From IMG/VR virus record IMGVR_UViG_3300032820_000002: a stretch of DNA of 56,658 bases. One strand, given 5' to 3'. Origin of the DNA: an uncultured virus (IMG/VR IMGVR_UViG_3300032820_000002). Taxonomy: Duplodnaviria > Heunggongvirae > Uroviricota > Caudoviricetes. The notes beneath the pieces are model-generated. The model had not been told where the DNA came from, did no database searches, and saw only the letters and a list, made by a program, of their open reading frames with translations. The translations under genes were made by a program, and so were the position numbers. This document shows positions 28,759 through 37,789 of the stretch, piece by piece; the stretch's first letter is position 1; each line of letters begins with the position of its first letter.

Positions 28759-29029
28759 CAAACTTGTTCCAGGACAAGCATTAATATATGAACGTGCTGG
28801 AGGAGTAGTATATGCTCGTTATAGAGACCCACCTCACAATAAAACTCCTCGATGGATTATTGGAGGCGATGCTACAGCAGTTGCTAAAGCACAAGGAGAG
28901 CTTTTAGATTACATGGAATGGCAACATTTATGTACATTAAGTTCTACTAATGTAACATTAAAAAAACAACTTGACAAATTGATAACAACGTATTATATTA
29001 TAAAGAATGGCCACAAAACTTCTAGTTAA
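28751..29029 (+). CDS. Hypothetical protein
   Basis: Coupled 92-aa ORF. Confidence 0.7.
   Translation: MTSKLVPGQALIYERAGGVVYARYRDPPHNKTPRWIIGGDATAVAKAQGELLDYMEWQHLCTLSSTNVTLKKQLDKLITTYYIIKNGHKTSS
28971..28999 (+). promoter_or_regulatory. sigma70 promoter inside upstream CDS
   Basis: TTGACA-17-TATATT; ATG 7 nt downstream. Confidence 0.65.
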
Positions 29030-29456
29030 AGATATACTTGCTGCTATAGATTTGAATGCTAAAAATGTTTGGCGAGAACTATCTGATGACGAGCGAAAAC
29101 AAGTTTCTTTTTGGTTATTAAACAGGTATGCTAGTTCTGTAAAGGGATCAAGAGAAAAAGCTGAACTAGCTTTATTTAAAACTAATGAATATTATAATAA
29201 AAATTGGAATGTATTAGGCGGAACAAAACATAATAATTTACAATGGCAGCTTTTATGTGTCAGCGGTAATACAGGAAAAATAGAATATCACGAATGGATA
29301 GGGTTAAAACAAAAAAATAACCCAAATAACAAAGAAATTAAATTATTACAAAAATTATATCCTAATATGAAATTAGACGAAATAGAACTTCTTGCTAATA
29401 TTTCGACAAAAAAAGAAATAAAACAATTAGTTGAAGATCATGGAATCAATGAATAG
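29007..29456 (+). CDS. Possible clamp-loader small subunit (gp62-like)
   Basis: F.LLNRY.S, N..Y N, Q..LL, W......, L...Y pattern recalled from T4-like gp62 proteins. Confidence 0.45.
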   Translation: MATKLLVKDILAAIDLNAKNVWRELSDDERKQVSFWLLNRYASSVKGSREKAELALFKTNEYYNKNWNVLGGTKHNNLQWQLLCVSGNTGKIEYHEWIGLKQKNNPNNKEIKLLQKLYPNMKLDEIELLANISTKKEIKQLVEDHGINE

Positions 29457-30132
29457 TAAACCGCATGTATGTAAGTATTGTGGAACAGGCTACACACGAG
29501 AAAAAACGCTTGCTGTTCATATGTGCGAAAAAAAACGTCGGCATTTACAAAAAGATGAAAAGCGAGTACAACTAGGATATTTAACATTTAATCGATTTTA
29601 TCAATTATGTCAAAAATTTGAAGGAAATAAAACTTACGAAGAATTTTGTAAAAGTCCTTATTATAATGCCTTTGTTAAATTTGGTAGCTTTGTTAATAAT
29701 GTTAGACCTTTATATCCTGACAAATATATAGACTATGTAGTAAAAAGTGGAGTTAAATTAGATCATTGGACAAAAGAAGAATTATATGAAAAATATGCTC
29801 TAGAATTAATACTTAAAGAAGGAGTAGAAACTGCATTAGAACGATCAATAATAACTATGATGGAATGGGCAGAAGAAAATAATTCAGTATGGAATCATTA
29901 TTTTAATTATATTAATTTAAATAGAGCAATATGGCACATAAAGGACGGAAAAATATCTCCTTGGCTTATATTAAATTGTGCTAGTGGAAAAGAAATGGTA
30001 AGTAAATTTAATGACGAACAATTAGAAATTGTTTATCTTATTATGAATCCAGAACATTGGACTATGCGCTTCAAGCGACAATCCAATGATGTTCAACTTG
30101 TTAAAGAAATTGTAAAAGAGAGTAAACTATGA
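29449..30132 (+). CDS. Zinc-finger (CxxC...H.C) hypothetical protein
   Basis: HVCKYCGTGYTREKTLAVHMC. Confidence 0.7.
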   Translation: MNSKPHVCKYCGTGYTREKTLAVHMCEKKRRHLQKDEKRVQLGYLTFNRFYQLCQKFEGNKTYEEFCKSPYYNAFVKFGSFVNNVRPLYPDKYIDYVVKSGVKLDHWTKEELYEKYALELILKEGVETALERSIITMMEWAEENNSVWNHYFNYINLNRAIWHIKDGKISPWLILNCASGKEMVSKFNDEQLEIVYLIMNPEHWTMRFKRQSNDVQLVKEIVKESKL

Positions 30133-30623
30133 ACTTGATATATTATCCTCATAAATTCCTTAATAAAAAAGTTTCTGATGTAAATATTGAAGATCCAGGA
30201 TTTAATCTTCACGAAGTAAAAGAACACATGACAGATATAATGCTATCTAATAGAGGCATAGGATTATCTGCTAATCAAGTTGAACTAGACTATCAGTTAT
30301 TCATTATGGGTTCTGAAACTGATAATACAATTATGTGTATCAATCCTGTAATACTACAGCATACAGAAGAAACAACAACTGACTTAGAAGGATGTTTAAG
30401 TTTTCCAAATATATATGTAAACATTCCACGACCTAAAGAAATACTTGCGAAATGGTATGATGAAAATCTAGTAGAAAGATGTCAAAAAATAGAAAACTAT
30501 ACAACTAAATGTTTTTTACATGAATGGGATCATTTACAAGGTGTTAACATTATTGACAGAGTATCAAAATTAAAATGGAATATGGCTAAAAAGAAAGCTA
30601 GAAAGTTAACAAAAAATGCCTGA
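30129..30623 (+). CDS. def: Peptide deformylase
   Basis: GIGLSANQV, INP, EGCLSFP, HEWDHLQG. Confidence 0.95.
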   Translation: MNLIYYPHKFLNKKVSDVNIEDPGFNLHEVKEHMTDIMLSNRGIGLSANQVELDYQLFIMGSETDNTIMCINPVILQHTEETTTDLEGCLSFPNIYVNIPRPKEILAKWYDENLVERCQKIENYTTKCFLHEWDHLQGVNIIDRVSKLKWNMAKKKARKLTKNA

Positions 30624-31176
30624 TATTGATATAGATTTTAGTAATAGAGATGAATTACTTGACAAACTCAAACACAGGGTTGCAAAATTAGATTCAGGTA
30701 AAAAACATAATACAGGTATATATGTTACAGAAATACCCCACAATCCTATAAATAATTTGTCAACAATAGATTATAAAAAAGCAGAAGATAGAGGCTATTT
30801 TAAATTAGATATTCTTAATGTAAACATATATAAAGATATTAAAGACGAAGCACATCTTATTAAATTAATAAACAAGGAACCGTTATGGGATTTACTACAA
30901 GAAAACCAGTTCGTCGATCTGTTATTTCACTTGAACGGGCATGGCGGGGTACTGAAGAAAACTTGTCCGACTTCGGTGGAACAATTAGCTGCCGTTCTTG
31001 CGATGATACGCCCCGCGAAACGCTATTTGATTGGGAAGCCATGGACTTTGGTGATGAAGAACGTTTGGAAGAAACCGGAGAATGACGAGTACTTTTTTAA
31101 AAAAGCACATGCATTTGCATATGCAATTAGTGTAATAGTTCATATGAATCTATTATGCGAACAAGCTAATACTTAA
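30616..31176 (+). CDS. Miniature DnaE-like (family C polymerase) palm/fingers protein
   Basis: MPDIDIDF, KH.TG.Y, GYFKLDIL, LA..LA.IRP, FKKAHA.AYA. Confidence 0.85.
   Translation: MPDIDIDFSNRDELLDKLKHRVAKLDSGKKHNTGIYVTEIPHNPINNLSTIDYKKAEDRGYFKLDILNVNIYKDIKDEAHLIKLINKEPLWDLLQENQFVDLLFHLNGHGGVLKKTCPTSVEQLAAVLAMIRPAKRYLIGKPWTLVMKNVWKKPENDEYFFKKAHAFAYAISVIVHMNLLCEQANT
30885..31085 (+). CDS. Candidate overprinted 66-aa gene nested in mini-dnaE
   Basis: AAGGA RBS 6 nt before ATG; dnaE third positions turn G/C-rich only across this interval. Confidence 0.5.
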   Translation: MGFTTRKPVRRSVISLERAWRGTEENLSDFGGTISCRSCDDTPRETLFDWEAMDFGDEERLEETGE

Positions 31177-31548
31177 TTATTTTTTATTTCGTCTAACTAG
31201 CTGAACTGACTTTCTTTTTACACGCTTAATCGATAAGTTATTTAAATTTACAACAGGCCCTATAGTTACTTTAACATCTTTAGAATTCATTGTCATTAGT
31301 GCATATCTAAACTTTTCAAATTCTTTTCTTAAAAATATATTAATGGGGATCATTCTATTTGATTCCCACCACCATATATTTCCTAATTCTAAAAATTTTT
31401 CTCTTTCTTTTTGTGTAGCTAAGGATGAATAAACATACATAGAAGTTACGTGTTGGTCCTGATTGGTAATAATTCCTACATATTCTTTGCCGCCATACGT
31501 TGCGACACTAATGAATGGGAAGTTTGTTTCTATATCCTTTAATAGCAT
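31177..31548 (-). CDS. Hypothetical protein (start refined to ATG 31548)
   Basis: MLLKDIETNFPFIS..., WWWESNR.IPINIFL; refined start removes overlap with divergent gene. Confidence 0.7.
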   Translation of the reverse strand: MLLKDIETNFPFISVATYGGKEYVGIITNQDQHVTSMYVYSSLATQKEREKFLELGNIWWWESNRMIPINIFLRKEFEKFRYALMTMNSKDVKVTIGPVVNLNNLSIKRVKRKSVQLVRRNKK

Positions 31549-31570
31549 TTTCTCGATAAATAGTATTATT

Positions 31571-32359
31571 ATGCAAATACTGCCTAGATATTTAGTCAAT
31601 AACCAAATTACCATTATTGCTAATGAAGCGGGACTCATTACGGAGTACAGACCCATGTATCAAAGAAATATACAAGTATATAGAAATATAGATAATGTTT
31701 TACAATTTAGATTATTAAACTCAGATCAAAAACCACTAGATGTAAGTGTTTATACTCCTAAATTTGTAGCATTTGATGAAAACAACACACTTATTATAGA
31801 GCACAACGGTGTTGTGCTTCCTGGGGACGATTCTTCTCCAACTAGGGGATTATTTTCTGTAACAGTTACAGAAAATGATTTATTAAATATTAAACAGCAA
31901 TTTTTAAGTTATAATGTTTATCTAGTAGATGCAGATAATAATAAAGTATTAACATATACTGATACACAATTTAGTAACGCTGGAGTTATATATGTTAATT
32001 CAGAAGCATTTCCTGGACCTTCTCCAACATATAGTGTTACTCAATTCCAACAATATAACTTTTCAAGTGAAGAGTATATAAGTGAATCTTTATCAGCAGA
32101 GCCTGCTATTAATGGAAATGAAGCATTACATACAGCCGCAGTATATACTAGTTCATATATCGGAAACATTATTGTACAAGCTACTTTAGAAAATAGTGTA
32201 ACAGAATCAACTGCCTGGGCAGATGTTCAAACAGTTGCGTTTTCTGGTGCAGAAACTCAACCTACACCAATTAATTTTAATGGAGTTTTTAACCATTTAA
32301 GATTTAAAACAGATGCTAATCCTACTGATAAAATAAGTAAAATTCTCGTTAGAAACTGA
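31571..32359 (+). CDS. Probable virion structural (beta-rich) protein (start refined to ATG 31571)
   Basis: TAAATA at 31557-31562; N..QF.L.N.DQKP, QATL, F.GVF..LRF. Confidence 0.6.
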   Translation: MQILPRYLVNNQITIIANEAGLITEYRPMYQRNIQVYRNIDNVLQFRLLNSDQKPLDVSVYTPKFVAFDENNTLIIEHNGVVLPGDDSSPTRGLFSVTVTENDLLNIKQQFLSYNVYLVDADNNKVLTYTDTQFSNAGVIYVNSEAFPGPSPTYSVTQFQQYNFSSEEYISESLSAEPAINGNEALHTAAVYTSSYIGNIIVQATLENSVTESTAWADVQTVAFSGAETQPTPINFNGVFNHLRFKTDANPTDKISKILVRN

Positions 32360-32388
32360 TTGACATTTAACTAAGTCTGCACTATAAT
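32360..32388 (+). promoter_or_regulatory. Consensus sigma70 promoter, probably leaderless
   Basis: TTGACA-17-TATAAT; ATG 6 nt downstream. Confidence 0.85.
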
Positions 32389-32394
32389 ATTACT

Positions 32395-33378
32395 ATGAGT
32401 GTAGTCACTGATACAGTTCTGACATATCTACCACCTAAGCGTAAGGTAACGCCAAGTGGTTGGACTTCATTCAATGCCCCCTGTTGTCACCATAATGGTA
32501 CTACATCTGATACACGTCAGCGTGGTGGATTAATTACTAATCCGGACGGGGGGATTTCTTTTCATTGTTTTAATTGTGGATTTAAATCTTCTTGGCAACC
32601 GGGGCGTAATCTTTCTTATAAAATGCGCAAACTGTTACAATGGATGCATGCTCCTGATGATGTAATTAATAAACTAGCTCTTACTATTATTCAAGAAAAC
32701 GAAGGATTAGTTATACATAAACAATTAATTGAATTACCAAAATTTCATACAGTTCCATTACCTGATGATGCTATAGATATTTCTAAAATTACTGAACCCA
32801 CAAAGTCTTTAGAACCAATATTAAAATATATGAGATCACGAGGTTTATATTTAGAAGATTTTAATTTTTACTGGAGTCCTAGTTTAGGTTATAGAGATAG
32901 GTTAATTATACCTTTTATGTATGAAGGTAATGTAGTTGGTTGGACAGCTCGCACTATCCAAAAGGATAGTAAATTTAAATATATGAGTGAGCAACAACCT
33001 GGTTATGTATTTAATTTAGACGAACAAAGACCTCAAAAGATCTTTACTATTGTGTGTGAAGGCCCAATTGATGCTATACATGTAGAAGGAGTAGCATTAC
33101 TAGGTAGTGAAATCAAAAAACAACAAGAATTACTGATTAATCGTTTAAATAAAGAAGTAATAGTTATTCCAGATAGAGATGAAGCAGGTAGTAAGTTAGT
33201 AGAAAGGTCTATTGAATTAAACTGGGGAGTTAGCATGCCTCCCTGGGATAATAGCATAAGAGACGTTAACGATGCTGTATTAAAATATGGAAAATTATTT
33301 ACATTACATAGTATTGTAAGTGCTGTTGAACATACATCATTAAAAATTAAATTAGGGGCAAAAAAATGGTTTGGTTAA
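32395..33378 (+). CDS. DNA primase (T4 gp61-like)
   Basis: Zn site PCC...HCFNCG, RLIIPF, GWTAR, TOPRIM CEGPIDA and PDRD.AG, DVND. Confidence 0.9.
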   Translation: MSVVTDTVLTYLPPKRKVTPSGWTSFNAPCCHHNGTTSDTRQRGGLITNPDGGISFHCFNCGFKSSWQPGRNLSYKMRKLLQWMHAPDDVINKLALTIIQENEGLVIHKQLIELPKFHTVPLPDDAIDISKITEPTKSLEPILKYMRSRGLYLEDFNFYWSPSLGYRDRLIIPFMYEGNVVGWTARTIQKDSKFKYMSEQQPGYVFNLDEQRPQKIFTIVCEGPIDAIHVEGVALLGSEIKKQQELLINRLNKEVIVIPDRDEAGSKLVERSIELNWGVSMPPWDNSIRDVNDAVLKYGKLFTLHSIVSAVEHTSLKIKLGAKKWFG

Positions 33379-33500
33379 AAAAATTATTAAAAAAGTTAAA
33401 AGATTTTATTTTGTGGCCGTATACTGCTTGGAAGGAACATAAAGAATTTAAAAAAAAGATGGAAGAATTACGGAAGAGAGATCCGTTTATATATAGATGA
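33366..33500 (+). CDS. 44-aa basic peptide coupled to carbamoyltransferase
   Basis: MVWLKKLL...ELRKRDPFIYR; stop overlaps next start (ATGA). Confidence 0.65.
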   Translation: MVWLKKLLKKLKDFILWPYTAWKEHKEFKKKMEELRKRDPFIYR

Positions 33501-35026
33501 TAGTTTGGGGGATATCAGCTAACAGTCATGACGCTGCTTTAGCTGTATTTAAATGTAAACATCTTACAGAATGGATGGAGTTTTTTCCTTATTATTGGGC
33601 AAGTGCTAAAGCTATCCAGGACCTAGAAATTAAATTTGCTAGTCATTCTGAGCGGTTTAGTAAAATAAAAAACGATCCACATCTACATAAAGACTTAATA
33701 AAATATGCTTTACAATGGGGTTATCCTCAAAAAATAATTTGGTACGAAAACCCTTACAAAAAAACGTTAAGACAATTAATAGCAGGACAAGGATGGAATT
33801 ATAAAGAAAATAATATTAAAACTTATTTGCGGAAGTACAACATTAATGCTCCTATTAGTTATAGGAATCATCATAGTTGCCATGCTGCCGGTGGCTATTT
33901 TACTAGTCGGTTTAATAACGCTACTATCGTATGCCTTGACGCAATTGGAGAATTTGAAACTTTAACTATATGGAAGGCAAAAGGTTCTTCCATAAAACGA
34001 ATTTATTCTCAGCGGTATCCTCATAGTGTAGGATTGTGGTATTCAGCTATGACTCAGCGCATAGGATTAAACCCTAATGAAGATGAATACATTTTGATGG
34101 GAATGGCTGCATTTGGAGACCCTCATAGATTACATTCAGAAATAATATATGATTTTATAGAGCAATTTCCTGTAGCATCAAATCCTAAAATAAAATTTAA
34201 ACGTAATTTACATAGAGGATTGCGTGATTGGCGACCTGATTTAAAAACAAAACAAGACATATATGATATAGCTGCTGCTACTCAATATATATACGAACAA
34301 ATTTTAAATAATATATTAGAGTGGGCTAAAGATAATTCTTCAAGTAAAAACTTAGTCATTATGGGAGGGTGTGCATTAAACTGTTCAGCTAACAGTATAG
34401 CATATCGATATTTTGATAATGTTTGGATAATGCCTAATCCAAACGATGCAGGATCTGCTATGGGAGCAGTATTAGACTATTATAAGCAACACATAAAATG
34501 GAAGGGAGCATACCTTGGTTATGATATACATCAACCTTACCCTATAAAAAAATTAATAAACGATCTTATATCTATAGGAATAGTAGGTGTTGCAAATGGT
34601 AAAGCAGAATTTGGCCCTCGAGCTTTAGGCAATCGAAGTTTATTAGCAGACCCGCGTGATGCAAAAATTAAAGATAAAGTTAATGAAATTAAGCGTAGAC
34701 AAAAATTTAGACCATTTGCACCAGTTATACTTGCCGAACATGCAAAAGATATATTTGAAGGTAAAGTGGGCCCTTATATGCAATTTACTGCAATCTGTAA
34801 ATATCCTGAACTTTATCCTGCTATAGTACATGTTGATAATACTTCAAGAGTACAAGCTGTTCCTAATAATGGGAGTGGAATACGCCAATTATTAGAAAAT
34901 TGGTTTGAAGAAACAGGTTGTCCGATGTTATTAAATACTAGTTTAAATATTAAAGGAAAACCGATGGTTAATACTTTAGATGATGCAAAGGAATTTATGG
35001 ATCTTTATGGAGTAAATGTATATTGA
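33497..35026 (+). CDS. Carbamoyltransferase (NodU/CmcH family)
   Basis: HDAA, ERFS..K, HH..HAA, DAIGE, EY.LMGMA..G, GGCALNC, EFGPRALGNRS, FRPFAP, HVD.TSRVQ, LLNTSLN. Confidence 0.95.
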   Translation: MIVWGISANSHDAALAVFKCKHLTEWMEFFPYYWASAKAIQDLEIKFASHSERFSKIKNDPHLHKDLIKYALQWGYPQKIIWYENPYKKTLRQLIAGQGWNYKENNIKTYLRKYNINAPISYRNHHSCHAAGGYFTSRFNNATIVCLDAIGEFETLTIWKAKGSSIKRIYSQRYPHSVGLWYSAMTQRIGLNPNEDEYILMGMAAFGDPHRLHSEIIYDFIEQFPVASNPKIKFKRNLHRGLRDWRPDLKTKQDIYDIAAATQYIYEQILNNILEWAKDNSSSKNLVIMGGCALNCSANSIAYRYFDNVWIMPNPNDAGSAMGAVLDYYKQHIKWKGAYLGYDIHQPYPIKKLINDLISIGIVGVANGKAEFGPRALGNRSLLADPRDAKIKDKVNEIKRRQKFRPFAPVILAEHAKDIFEGKVGPYMQFTAICKYPELYPAIVHVDNTSRVQAVPNNGSGIRQLLENWFEETGCPMLLNTSLNIKGKPMVNTLDDAKEFMDLYGVNVY

Positions 35027-35051
35027 CAAATATTGATAGAGAGCGTATAAT
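35023..35051 (+). promoter_or_regulatory. Consensus sigma70 promoter, probably leaderless
   Basis: TTGACA (overlapping upstream TGA stop)-17-TATAAT; ATG 6 nt downstream. Confidence 0.85.
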
Positions 35052-35057
35052 AAAATA

Positions 35058-36482
35058 ATGTCTACTAGACAAAATACTGATTATGGTTACGATATACAAA
35101 AAGTATATCTTGAAATGATGTTGACTGATGCTGAGAGTTTTATTAGATGTCAGACTGTATTTAATACAAACTTTTTTGATAGACGTTTACAAGATGCGGC
35201 TAAATTTCTTAGTGATTATGTAAGTGAGCATAATGGATTACCTACATTTGAAATGGTAAATGCAGCAACTAAAGCAGAATTACTTCATCCAGGAGAATTA
35301 AGAGAAAGTCATTATGATTGGTTATTAGATGAATTTGAAACTTTTAGTAGGCATAAAGCATTAGAAGCTGCAATTCTTAAAGGTGCAGATTTATTAGAAA
35401 AAGGCGAATATGGCCCTGTAGAAGACTTAGTTAAAAAGGCTGTACAAATAGGTTTACAAAAAGATTTAGGTACAGACTATTTTGGAGACCCTCGTGGAAG
35501 ATTAGAAGCAATAAAGGGTGCAAATGGTCAAGTAAGTACAGGCTGGGAAAGTTTAGATAAAAAATTATTTGGAGGATTTAATAGAGGCGAACTTAATATA
35601 TTTGCAGGTGGCTCTGGAGCAGGTAAAAGTTTATTTCTTACTAATATCGGAGTTAACTTTGCAGAAAAGGGAATGAATGTATTATACATAACTTTTGAAC
35701 TTAGTGAAAACTTAGTTAGTATGCGTGTAGATAGTATGCTTACAGGTATCGGCACACGAGATATTTTTAAAAATATTGATAATGTTGAAATGAAAGTTAA
35801 AATGATAGGTAAGAAAAGTGGAGCATTTCAAGTTAAGTATATGCCGAGTGGTAAGACTCCAAACGATGTACGTAGTTATATAAAAGAATATGAAATTAAA
35901 ACAGAAAAGAAAGTTGACGTATTATTACTTGATTATTTAGATTTACTAATGCCTAATGGTGCAAAAGTAAGTGCAGAAAATTTATACATTAAAGATAAAT
36001 TTGTAAGTGAAGAATTACGTAATTTAGCAATGGAACTTAATACAATATTTGTTACAGCGGCACAATTAAATCGTGGTGCCGTAGAAGAAATTGAATTTGA
36101 TCATAGTCATATTTCAGGAGGTCTTAGTAAGATTCAAACAGCAGACAATGTATTTGGTATTTTTACTAGTCGTGCTATGAGAGAGCGAGGACGCTATCAA
36201 ATACAATTAATGAAAACACGTAGTTCAAGTGGTGTTGGTTCTAAAATTGATTTAGGATTTGATGTTGATAGTTTACGTATTATTGACCTTCATGAAGACG
36301 ATACCGATTATCCTACACCTAGTAGTAGCATTATTAATTCTCTTAAACGTTCTACAGCATCACAAACTGCATCGCCAGAATTTAATGAAGACCCCAATGA
36401 AGGAGCTCCGGTAGGAAGAATTCGAGCAAAAACTGATAGCACTAAATTAAGAGAATTTTTAAATAATCTAGGGAACGAATAA
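35058..36482 (+). CDS. Replicative helicase (T4 gp41/DnaB-like)
   Basis: GGSGAGKS, YITFEL, LDYLDL, TAAQLNR, TAD, MKTR. Confidence 0.93.
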   Translation: MSTRQNTDYGYDIQKVYLEMMLTDAESFIRCQTVFNTNFFDRRLQDAAKFLSDYVSEHNGLPTFEMVNAATKAELLHPGELRESHYDWLLDEFETFSRHKALEAAILKGADLLEKGEYGPVEDLVKKAVQIGLQKDLGTDYFGDPRGRLEAIKGANGQVSTGWESLDKKLFGGFNRGELNIFAGGSGAGKSLFLTNIGVNFAEKGMNVLYITFELSENLVSMRVDSMLTGIGTRDIFKNIDNVEMKVKMIGKKSGAFQVKYMPSGKTPNDVRSYIKEYEIKTEKKVDVLLLDYLDLLMPNGAKVSAENLYIKDKFVSEELRNLAMELNTIFVTAAQLNRGAVEEIEFDHSHISGGLSKIQTADNVFGIFTSRAMRERGRYQIQLMKTRSSSGVGSKIDLGFDVDSLRIIDLHEDDTDYPTPSSSIINSLKRSTASQTASPEFNEDPNEGAPVGRIRAKTDSTKLREFLNNLGNE

Positions 36483-36490
36483 ATTTAATA

Positions 36491-37093
36491 ATGGCCGGAA
36501 TAGTAGTTTTATTATCAGGAAATGGAAGTAACTTGCAGGCAATAATAGATGCAGGTATTCCTGTAAAATATGTTTTATCTGATAATCCTGATGCTTACGG
36601 TTTAATAAGAGCAAGGAATGCAGGTATTCCTATACAAGCAGTTCCGAGTCTTAAACAACTAGAAAACTTTACAACAAAAGTATGTGAATTATATGAGATA
36701 AAATTAATAGTACTTGCTGGGTTTATGCGTATCTTAAGCCCTAAATTTGTGCAACGTTGGAAATCACAAATAATTAATATTCATCCATCTTTGCTTCCTG
36801 ACTTTAAAGGAACGAGTGCTATAGAAGAAGCATTTGATGCTGGTGTAAATACAACTGGAGTTACAATACATTATGTAGATGAAGGCATGGATACTGGTGA
36901 TATTATAGAACAATATCCTTTAACTATTTTAACAAAAGAAGAAGTAATACCACTTTCATCAAATTTTGAAGGTACAAATTTTGCAAAGCATAATGCAATA
37001 GATACATTAGAACAACTATCTCTAAGAATTCATAAAATAGAACATGAACACTATCCTAAAGTTATTAAAAAATTGTTAAAGGAAGAAATATGA
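36491..37093 (+). CDS. purN: Phosphoribosylglycinamide formyltransferase
   Basis: SGNGSNLQA, LAGFMRIL, NIHPSLLP.F.G, TGVTIHYVDEG.D.G. Confidence 0.95.
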   Translation: MAGIVVLLSGNGSNLQAIIDAGIPVKYVLSDNPDAYGLIRARNAGIPIQAVPSLKQLENFTTKVCELYEIKLIVLAGFMRILSPKFVQRWKSQIINIHPSLLPDFKGTSAIEEAFDAGVNTTGVTIHYVDEGMDTGDIIEQYPLTILTKEEVIPLSSNFEGTNFAKHNAIDTLEQLSLRIHKIEHEHYPKVIKKLLKEEI

Positions 37094-37395
37094 TAGACAA
37101 ACAATTAATCATAGAAAATTTGAAAGAAGTATATGATCCAGAAATGGAAGGTATCAACGTATACGATCTAGGATTAATATACGATATCAAGATTAATGCA
37201 AAAGATCAATGGGTAGAGATTACACATACATTGACTAGTGCTTTTTGTCCATTCGCAGAGCAAATGGTTGCAGATATAACGAAAGCAGGATATGTGTCCG
37301 AAGTACTCAACGTAGAAGTGATTACCACATTTGATCCACCATTTACTATGGACATGGTTCCAGAAGAAACAAAAATGATGATGGGATGGTTTTAA
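37090..37395 (+). CDS. Fe-S assembly SufT/DUF59-family protein
   Basis: VYDPE...[20 protein letters not shown]. Confidence 0.9.
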   Translation: MIDKQLIIENLKEVYDPEMEGINVYDLGLIYDIKINAKDQWVEITHTLTSAFCPFAEQMVADITKAGYVSEVLNVEVITTFDPPFTMDMVPEETKMMMGWF

Positions 37396-37568
37396 TGGAA
37401 TATAAAAAATGGCAATGTATGGCTTGTGATTATATCTATGACGAAGAACTAGGCGACAAAGAAGAAGGATTCGCACCTGGTACTAGATGGGAAGATATAC
37501 CCGATGATTGGTATTGCCCTGACTGTGGTGCAATGAAAGATATGTTTATGGAAATGAATGATCTATGA
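37395..37568 (+). CDS. Rubredoxin
   Basis: [13 protein letters not shown]....[17 protein letters not shown]. Confidence 0.95.
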   Translation: MEYKKWQCMACDYIYDEELGDKEEGFAPGTRWEDIPDDWYCPDCGAMKDMFMEMNDL

Positions 37569-37789
37569 TAGACATGATTTCAAATTTAGATAAACAACAA
37601 TATGCAAATATAGCACAGTTTTTTATAGAATGGCTAGATGAGCATCCGTTTCCTGAAATGGATGATGATATTCATAGAACAATACGAATGAGTGCTAAAA
37701 CATATCTTAGTTTATATGAAAATTTTTTAGAACTTTATACATATGTTTCTAATAACGAATACTCTACTACTAGTAAAAAGATCCACTAA
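37565..37789 (+). CDS. Hypothetical protein
   Basis: 74 aa, coupled on both sides. Confidence 0.65.
   Translation: MIDMISNLDKQQYANIAQFFIEWLDEHPFPEMDDDIHRTIRMSAKTYLSLYENFLELYTYVSNNEYSTTSKKIH

Noticed and set aside
31463..31656. Apparent 194-bp head-to-head gene overlap
   Set aside because: Disappears with starts at 31548(-) and 31571(+)
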